The notes below the pieces were generated by a model. The model saw nothing but the letters and a program-made list of their open reading frames with translations. It was not told the origin of the DNA and did no database searches. A DNA stretch of 64,000 nucleotides, taken from contig OZ025692.1 of NCBI GenBank assembly GCA_964019335.1, positions 186,001-250,000 on the forward strand, in the 5' to 3' direction. Numbering within the stretch: position 1 is the stretch's first letter; every line of letters starts with the position of its first letter. Positions 57,383 through 64,000 of the stretch are shown one piece after another. Position numbers and translations under genes: made by a program. This DNA is from Diplonema japonicum (lineage: Eukaryota; Protista; Euglenozoa: Diplonemea).

Positions 57383-57385
<3 letters not shown>
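55676..57385 (-). CDS. CEP44: CEP44-domain centriolar protein
   Basis: LRNLERL..L..GNP..D..LVRTVWALLREEYGYEP.LS..QF...GHAEKKI..DVL..V..HH matches the CEP44 N-terminal domain pattern; C-terminal coiled coil. Confidence 0.7.

Positions 57386-57414
<29 letters not shown>
57385..57414. repeat. (GT/CA)n microsatellite directly upstream of the CEP44 ATG
   Basis: Uninterrupted tgtgtg run. Confidence 0.9.
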
Positions 57415-57417
<3 letters not shown>

Positions 57418-57499
57418 GCGAAACTGCATAGGGGTATGGTTTATGAGCAACATGGGGAAACAAAAAGAAAGGGGGTAGGGTTTGCCCAAGTTGTAAAAC

Positions 57500-59473
57500 T
57501 CAAGTCTCGGGACTCTTTACGGCAAGCCCCTTAGCACGTTCTTGCATGGTGTTGAGGTAGTGCACGTCGCAGTTAGCATTCCGCGTGCGGCGGAGGGAGC
57601 GCACCACAGAGAGGGATTCCGTTAGCCGTCGATCGGCCTGGCGAAGCTGCATCCTGAGAATAACCTGCACGAGAGCGTCGGGGTTGTCTTGAAGGTGAGC
57701 AACATGGCGTTTGATTGTGTAACGATAGGAAACACGCTTGAAGTTGGTACCAGCTATCTCACGGCTTAACTTGAGGTCCTCTGAGAGCATACGGCGCAGC
57801 TTCTCAGCGTCTTCGTCTGGAAGTTCGTACGTAAGAAGACGCTCAACCCTCTCCTTCAGCTTCTGACCGATCACTACGCCTTCTTCACACGGCTCAGGAA
57901 GTAATCCCTTTTCCAACACAATACCACAGGTCTTCGTGTATATCTTTTGGAAGGTTTTGATGTTTGAGACTACCATTTGCGCTCCTTCGTAACCAGCGTG
58001 TTCCTTGACATACATGTAGAGGGGTTCTTGGTGTTTTGTGTAGCTCCATGGGTGTTCCTGCCCGCTCCATTTGAACTCCGGGTTCAGAACCGGTGTGATG
58101 AGGAACGAAGCAGCTGAGAAGAGATGACACAGAGCAGTTCCTTTCAAGACAATGGGTTGTTGTTGTTCCACTGCACTGTACAGTCTTGTGAACTCGTCAG
58201 TGAACATGCTTAGGCAGTCGCGAAAGTTGCCTATGTGTCTCTCGATGGCGTTGGAGAAGGTGTTGAACTCGCCCTTCACGACATCCACTGCGTCTTGAAG
58301 GGTGTACACGTCCTCTTCGGTCAGAACGTTTTTCTTCTCGTCGAGAGCGTTCTGTTTCTCCGCCACCATTGCTCTGAACCGCATGTGGAGCTTCATCGCC
58401 TCCTTGGCCCATAGTTGTTTCTCCATCGCGTGCTTTTCCTTCAGCTTCTTGATCTCCCCTTCCGCGGCTATCATTCTGTGTACAGGATGTCCCTTCCCCA
58501 CCTCCGTCGGGTCTGGTTCCTCCAGACCGCCTATCGACTGGTCGATGATCGACAAGATCGAGGAGAGGTCTTTGGCCTTGTGCCCTTCTGTCGGATCTTT
58601 CAAGATATGGCATTGTTCTCTTAACAGACAGATTTCCTTGTACAACCCGATGCGGAGGTCCGACACGGCTCTGGCTTTGGCTGCGAGGTTTGTTCTCGCC
58701 ACGGAGAGGCTTGCTTCGAGCTTTGTGACGGTCTTCTGGTGGTTTTTGGCGGTGGCCTCTGCCTGCAGCACCTTTTCGAGGAGGCTGCACCGCTCGGATT
58801 CTTGATAATCTGTTAAGAGCTCCGCGTCAGTTTGCACGGCGACCCCCTTGTGCATGGTGCGGTGGTACGCATCTTTGCCAAGCAGCCCGATCGCAAGGTG
58901 TGCATCAGTTTCCATAACCGAGGCACCAGCATACGTGCTGCTTTTCTTTCTGGCAATACGTCGGACAAGGCGGTGGTCGACGCTGGACTGCCGACGCTTT
59001 GCGGCGAAAGGTGCTACAGGAGCGTGCTTGAGCTGTTGCTGTGAACACGTTGATATTCGTGTCCGCCCGCCAGTTCCTTTGTATTGCATTTTGGGCAAAA
59101 CGGGCTGCAGTCCTCTGCAGGCTTTGATCAACGGGTCGGTCCATGTAGGGACGCAGTCGGAAGGGTACCCACACAGGTTGGGCAGGTCGGTTAAAAGATC
59201 GTTTAAAGCCCTTTCCGATTCTACTATGTAGTATATGGACGTGGCGAGGGGTGTTACGGTCGCAAGGTGCAGCCTGGACCCCACCAGTTCTCGTACATGC
59301 TCGAGCTGTGCCCGTGCAAGCGGTGGGATGGGACCGTCTCCGGTGCTCGCCACTGCTTTCTCTAACAGCTTTTCCACCATTCGTTCATTTTGAAAGTCAT
59401 CTTGCCTCATGTACACGGGTTGTTCCTTACCCCCCAAGAATTCATCACTTGACGTGCTGCCTTCATCGATCAT
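57500..59473 (-). CDS. Hypothetical coiled-coil protein
   Basis: Long ORF. The upstream in-frame extension is poly-F/poly-K spacer, so the start is placed at MIDEGS (59473). Confidence 0.8.
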   Translation of the reverse strand: MIDEGSTSSDEFLGGKEQPVYMRQDDFQNERMVEKLLEKAVASTGDGPIPPLARAQLEHVRELVGSRLHLATVTPLATSIYYIVESERALNDLLTDLPNLCGYPSDCVPTWTDPLIKACRGLQPVLPKMQYKGTGGRTRISTCSQQQLKHAPVAPFAAKRRQSSVDHRLVRRIARKKSSTYAGASVMETDAHLAIGLLGKDAYHRTMHKGVAVQTDAELLTDYQESERCSLLEKVLQAEATAKNHQKTVTKLEASLSVARTNLAAKARAVSDLRIGLYKEICLLREQCHILKDPTEGHKAKDLSSILSIIDQSIGGLEEPDPTEVGKGHPVHRMIAAEGEIKKLKEKHAMEKQLWAKEAMKLHMRFRAMVAEKQNALDEKKNVLTEEDVYTLQDAVDVVKGEFNTFSNAIERHIGNFRDCLSMFTDEFTRLYSAVEQQQPIVLKGTALCHLFSAASFLITPVLNPEFKWSGQEHPWSYTKHQEPLYMYVKEHAGYEGAQMVVSNIKTFQKIYTKTCGIVLEKGLLPEPCEEGVVIGQKLKERVERLLTYELPDEDAEKLRRMLSEDLKLSREIAGTNFKRVSYRYTIKRHVAHLQDNPDALVQVILRMQLRQADRRLTESLSVVRSLRRTRNANCDVHYLNTMQERAKGLAVKSPET

Positions 59474-60163
59474 TTTGTGGTGTTCTGTGGATTTGGGTGG
59501 GTGGTGGGGGAAGGGGAAACAATGAAGAAAGAAGGGAAAAAAAAAAAAAAAAAAAACGTCCACCCAAGTATGATGAAAAAAACAGAGGAAAAAAAAAAGA
59601 GAAAAAAAAAAAAGATAACTTGAAAAGCTTTTTTTTTTTTTCTTTTGGCATATTTCTTTCTTTATGTGTGTGGAAGATACCCCCCTTATCCTCATCATAA
59701 GCCACAAGTTAAGTCAGTCAGGGAAGAAAAGAAGTTCATTTTTTTTCCTTCTCTCCATGCTAAGTTCGCAACTCGGGGCTATCAATGAAGGTAGGAGGGG
59801 GGAGGCGTTTAGGGTTGTGTTACATCACCTATTACATGGAAGAAGAGGAAAGAAAAAAAAAGGGGGGTGGAAGGCGATTTCGCAACTCATTACGCCACCT
59901 TACCCTTTTTTTCAATATTGCTCTTTTTCTTCATTCTTTTTTTTTTCCCGAGTGTCCCTGAATGGGAGCGAGGTTAGGTTCTGGTCTATAAAAAAAAAGG
60001 GAGGGGGGGAAGAGAGAGAGAGTATACGGGTTAGGGAAAAGGGGATTCTTTTCTCACCCCTTTCCCCCCCCCCCCCTTTCGACTCAATCTCGTACTCAGT
60101 AGCACGGTGTACCCTGTCTGTCTTTCCTCCCCTCCCTTTTTTTTTCTCTCCTTCATTTTTTTT

Positions 60164-60626
60164 TTATTGCAGATTTAACTTTCCTAGCTTGGTAAGCAGC
60201 TCATCGGTGAACTCAAGACCAGGTGTTAGCTCCACACCGGGGGGGATCTCAGAAGCAGGGGTGGCCCTGTTTTTTTTTTTTTTTTAATCTTTCTCCATAC
60301 CATTTCCATCCATCTTTTCCCTTAGGTTTCACTGATGGAATGTGCACATTGACATCCACACCTTTTTGTTTTGTCAGAGGTTCCACGGTCCCGTCGTCAA
60401 GAAAACGATTACCGGTAATGGCGGTCGGCTCTATTTTGACACGTTTCCTCACCAAGGGCTTGGCCGGCACCTTCGAAGGTACTTCGCTGCTGACGGAGCT
60501 AGCAGTGCTGAGCCCTTGCACAGAGTCTAAGGACTGATCGGTTTCGCTGTTCCTCAGTTCCAGCTCATCCGCACGCCGCTTGCCCTTGGAAACCCTCTGA
60601 GGTGTGGGCTCGTTCTCGTACATCAT
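60164..60626 (-). CDS. Small hypothetical protein, 2 exons
   Basis: Exons 60626-60301 and 60266-60164; a 34-nt GTATGG..A-run..CAG intron restores a frame ending LLTKLGKLNLQ. Confidence 0.65.
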
Positions 60627-61558
60627 CCCTCCCTCTCCCCCCTTTCCTTGCAGTTGTATGATGTGGAGACGAAGAAAAAAAAAAAAGAAAGAAAGAAAGA
60701 ATAACTTTTTAAACATGCTTCACATCATCTTGCTTAAAAAAAAAAAGAAATCTGGGATTTCTTTCAGGAAAATTCGATAAATTTTCAACGTACAGAGGGA
60801 GGTGGAAAAAAGAAGAGAAAATGAGTATAACGTAAGCTAGCAAAGAGAGGGGAGAGGGGGGGGGAAGCATGACGTTCCAAGGCAAATTGGTGTCTTATGG
60901 GGGAAAGATGGGGTTTTTGTTTTATTCTTTTTTTTTTTTTTTCCTTTTTTCTTTGTTGGAACCCAGCTGAATGGGACAGGACAAAAAAAAAAATATCCAA
61001 AAAAAAAAGAGGGGTCCCTTTTTTTTGTGAAAAAGTTGAAGGGCGGAAATTTAAAAAAAAAAAAGAATTAGGGTTCTTCTTTTTTTCCTTTTTTTTGGGG
61101 GGGGACGTTTTCAGCAACTTCTTTTTTTTCTTTTTTTCTTCTTGTAGTGGTTGTTACCACTAACTACCCACCGCTTTGGAGTAAAAATTTAAGCCTTATC
61201 ACAAATAATAGGTAATGTTGGCGTAAAAAGTTTTTCCTTCTTCCGTCAGGAAAAGAAAAATACCATATTACTGAAGGACACTTTTGGGTATGACCTCTAA
61301 GAGAGTACGGTGCCACTCCCAAGAAAAATAAGGTTGTGACTTCGGGCTCCTCTAAAAAAAAGTTTTCTTATTACAATTTCTCCCTGTTTTTTTTTTCTTT
61401 TTTTTTTTTTTTTTTTTTCTGTTTTCCCGAATCCGTTAGCAGCATTTACCCAAAGGAAAGTGATGAGATCTGAGAAAAAAAGTTACTGAATTTTTTTTTT
61501 TTTTTTTCTTCTTTCTTTCTTTTTTTTTTTTTTTTTTTTTAAATTCATTTATCATCTT

Positions 61559-64000
61559 TTAACGAAGAATGTAGGAAGAACCACCAGATGGGAGGCGAAG
61601 AAGCTCGCCGTCTGCCTGCAGCAGCACCCCATCCAACAAGGAGATTGAACGGTTCGAAGTGCGCAAGGAGAAGGCAGCCCCAATAGGTATTTCAACATCA
61701 ACTCTAGTAACCGGCACATTGGAGCATTGCACAGTATACTTGAAATGCGGGGAGCAGGTGGACGGAAGCACATTAACATCAAACACAGACAAATCGATAC
61801 TGCAGCTCTTCAATCCAAGACAAGCTTTCTTCGCAACATTTAAGGATTCAGGGTGGTGGCACATTGCAGACTCCTTGTACCCTCCACACACCGTTCCTGT
61901 GGGCTCTCCATAACTCGCGAAAACCACGTCAGTGACAACACCCCCTCCACACGATACTTCTGCTTTGTTGGCGTTGCCATCATTCACGTTTCCTTTGTAC
62001 CCTTTACCGCACTGCAGCCCACCCTCCTTTGCCCATGAGTACTTCAACACACCGTTACTCAGTTGCATCTCGATCTCAGAGGAGGACAAATCAACATCAA
62101 TAGAAGGGCTCAGCACCTTGTTGTTCAAGTCGACCCCTGCTAGGCGCTTCACAAGGTAAGCACTGTATGATGACCACATGTGGTGGTTGCGTGAGTTCAT
62201 CCCGGGGCCTTCAAAGGGTCCGTCGATGAGCTCCCATAGGTTCTGTGTAGCGTCCTCAAGAGGGTTCGTCAGCATGTAGCCCACAGACGGGTAGTCAGTC
62301 GCCTCTAGTACTGCAAGTGCGTCGCTTGCATGTCCGTTGTCGTGCAGGCCGTCGAACATGAACTTGAAGCCAATGATGCCGGTGTCGAAGTGGTGTGCCT
62401 TGGCAACCACGCTGTTGTACAGCTCGCTTGCAGCGACAGTCGTGTTCATGCCCTCTCCGAGGGCGAGGGCCAAGGCGTTGTTCGTCTGGATGTTCAGGTC
62501 GTACTTCCCATTCTTGAAGAACACATTGTTGAACTCTTTCTTGAGCTCCGTCACCTGCCCTGCCATGTACTGCGCCACAGTCGTGTTCCCAACCGCTGCC
62601 GCCATCTCACCAACAATTTGTGTGATGACGATGTAAGAGAAGGCCGATGTGTAGGGTGCGCTGGGTTTCACAGCCGTTCCGGGGTTGCCCTTTGTAGCAG
62701 GTGGGGGCACCCAGTCGCCGTACGGGGTGTGCATGTTGCCGAGGCCGTTGGCTGCCTGGCCGGCAACGTTTTTCTGATGGAGCACCATGAGGTGCAGGTT
62801 CTCCTTGATGCCTTCAATGTCGTTGTTCATCTTCCAGTTCACGTACTGCACTTGGGGGTAGGCTGCGCTCCAGGAAACGTCGGCAGGCCTGCCACCGTAC
62901 CTGTAGTAGGGCACCACATCAGGGAGCGAGCCATCGCTGTCGACCTCTGTAGCTTGGATGTCGGTGCAGAACTTCAAGAAAGACGTCGCGTCGTAGTTCA
63001 GAGCGATGGAGTTGCTGCTCAGGTCTGCGTCGCCCATCCACCCAAGACGCTCGTCACGCTGGTCGCAGTCAGTCAGCACAGACATGAAGTTAGACCTCTG
63101 TGCACCGAGGGCGAGCTGCTGCATGGAGTTCAAGAGCGGGCTGGAGAACTTCACGACCGTCTTTAATGGAATTGCCGAATGGAAGTGATGCATCTCAATC
63201 TGGTTCATCTCAAGGGCCACCCCTGTCACCTCCACAAACCTGAAACCATGGTAAGTGAACTTGGGGAAGAACTTGCCCACCTTCCCATTCGAGATGTACA
63301 CGTCAGTTGCCTTTGCTCCACGCAAGTTCCCTGTGTAGATCATCCCAGGCTCGTATGTGTTTCCTGGGATGCCGGGGTGCTGCATGATCTCAGCGTGTCG
63401 CAGTGTCATGCTCTTCCCTGCAGGCAGGTTGATGCCTGTGACCATAACGACACCTGCTTGGTTAACTCCGAAGTCGAAGATCTGGATGCCTGGCTTGGGG
63501 GTTGTCACGTTGATGGGCTTCACAATCCTTGACACGGCGACGTGCGGTGCAGACCAGGGCACCATGGGGCCCCTGGGCGGGAGGAGCACCCCAGTTTCGA
63601 CGGCAGTCCAGTTTCCCTGGAAACCCACAAGATCCCACCCAGGCATCTCCTTCCTTGCGTCGTAGGTCTCGCCATTGTAAACATTGTCAGCGACAACAGG
63701 CCCTGCAGCAGTGGTCCACCCGGCAGAAGACGTCGTAAGGATTGTCTGCGTCCCGTTGGCCGCTGTGACCTGCAGGATGGCGCGGAGCACTCGGTCTGTG
63801 GAGTCGCCTGCTGTGTCCTCCCTGCGAGTGAAGGTCCTTGAGTCCCTCCATCCGTAGCCCAGTGCAACACCGATTGAGTTTGCGGTGTTTTGCTTCAACA
63901 AAGCAGTAACGTCGTACGTAGAGTACATCACTAGTCTCTCATTCTGCGTCCACGGCGCCGACACCAGGTGGCTACTAGAGACATTCACACCGTTCACCGT
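61559..64000 (-). CDS. GH78 alpha-L-rhamnosidase with C-terminal SUEL/Gal_lectin domain (5' end outside window)
   Basis: YNGETYDAR, FDFGVN, FTYHGFRFVEV, TDCDQRDERLGWMGDA, YGDW, MNSRNHHM; then SC..VVFASYG.P.G.CG..C..ACLGLKSCSI. Confidence 0.92.
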   Translation of the reverse strand, partial: TVNGVNVSSSHLVSAPWTQNERLVMYSTYDVTALLKQNTANSIGVALGYGWRDSRTFTRREDTAGDSTDRVLRAILQVTAANGTQTILTTSSAGWTTAAGPVVADNVYNGETYDARKEMPGWDLVGFQGNWTAVETGVLLPPRGPMVPWSAPHVAVSRIVKPINVTTPKPGIQIFDFGVNQAGVVMVTGINLPAGKSMTLRHAEIMQHPGIPGNTYEPGMIYTGNLRGAKATDVYISNGKVGKFFPKFTYHGFRFVEVTGVALEMNQIEMHHFHSAIPLKTVVKFSSPLLNSMQQLALGAQRSNFMSVLTDCDQRDERLGWMGDADLSSNSIALNYDATSFLKFCTDIQATEVDSDGSLPDVVPYYRYGGRPADVSWSAAYPQVQYVNWKMNNDIEGIKENLHLMVLHQKNVAGQAANGLGNMHTPYGDWVPPPATKGNPGTAVKPSAPYTSAFSYIVITQIVGEMAAAVGNTTVAQYMAGQVTELKKEFNNVFFKNGKYDLNIQTNNALALALGEGMNTTVAASELYNSVVAKAHHFDTGIIGFKFMFDGLHDNGHASDALAVLEATDYPSVGYMLTNPLEDATQNLWELIDGPFEGPGMNSRNHHMWSSYSAYLVKRLAGVDLNNKVLSPSIDVDLSSSEIEMQLSNGVLKYSWAKEGGLQCGKGYKGNVNDGNANKAEVSCGGGVVTDVVFASYGEPTGTVCGGYKESAMCHHPESLNVAKKACLGLKSCSIDLSVFDVNVLPSTCSPHFKYTVQCSNVPVTRVDVEIPIGAAFSLRTSNRSISLLDGVLLQADGELLRLPSGGSSYILR

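Noticed and set aside
2491-57385. Functional cluster of ciliary genes (Rab28, B9D2, PFR-like, CEP44)
   Set aside because: They are interspersed with unrelated housekeeping genes, and this density is plausible by chance in a flagellate.
379-61163. Many short ORFs rich in poly-F, poly-K, poly-G or poly-P on both strands
   Set aside because: They are translations of homopolymer spacers, with no coding-like composition.
1322-63841. Plus-strand ORFs overlapping the minus-strand genes (e.g. 23249-23992, 40355-41137, 62330-63166)
   Set aside because: Antisense shadows of real CDSs, with no motifs of their own.

Overview
Eukaryotic genomic DNA, most likely a euglenozoan and probably a diplonemid. 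This is inferred from a paraflagellar-rod-like gene, unidirectional gene clustering, GTATG splice donors and a GH78 CAZyme. I count 28 protein-coding genes, all on the minus strand and separated by homopolymer-rich spacers, which fits a polycistronic, SL trans-spliced cluster. Recognisable products: PPR protein, HSDL2-like SDR, Rab28, COQ5, SAPS/PP6R, PRA1, B9D2, two large surface proteins, alpha-kinase-like protein, endonuclease G, Xpt, SLC12 cotransporter, PFR-like protein, ELO, class I/II aminotransferase, TMEM208, SMC2, LRR protein, CEP44-like protein and GH78 rhamnosidase. I reconstructed 18 GT-AG introns by hand, and each spliced model gives an intact frame. Seventeen are 34-75 nt, and most have poly(G)/poly(A) bodies with no polypyrimidine tract, whereas the spacers upstream of genes carry classical polypyrimidine+AG signals. 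This suggests a purine-versus-pyrimidine code separating cis- from trans-splice acceptors, the most interesting signal here. Mobile DNA comprises a TTAA-flanked piggyBac relic, four relics of one hAT-like family with apparent 6-bp TSDs, nested insertions in one intron and a foldback-like repeat. Caveats: homopolymer lengths may carry sequencing error, and all homology calls come from motif recognition, not database searches.
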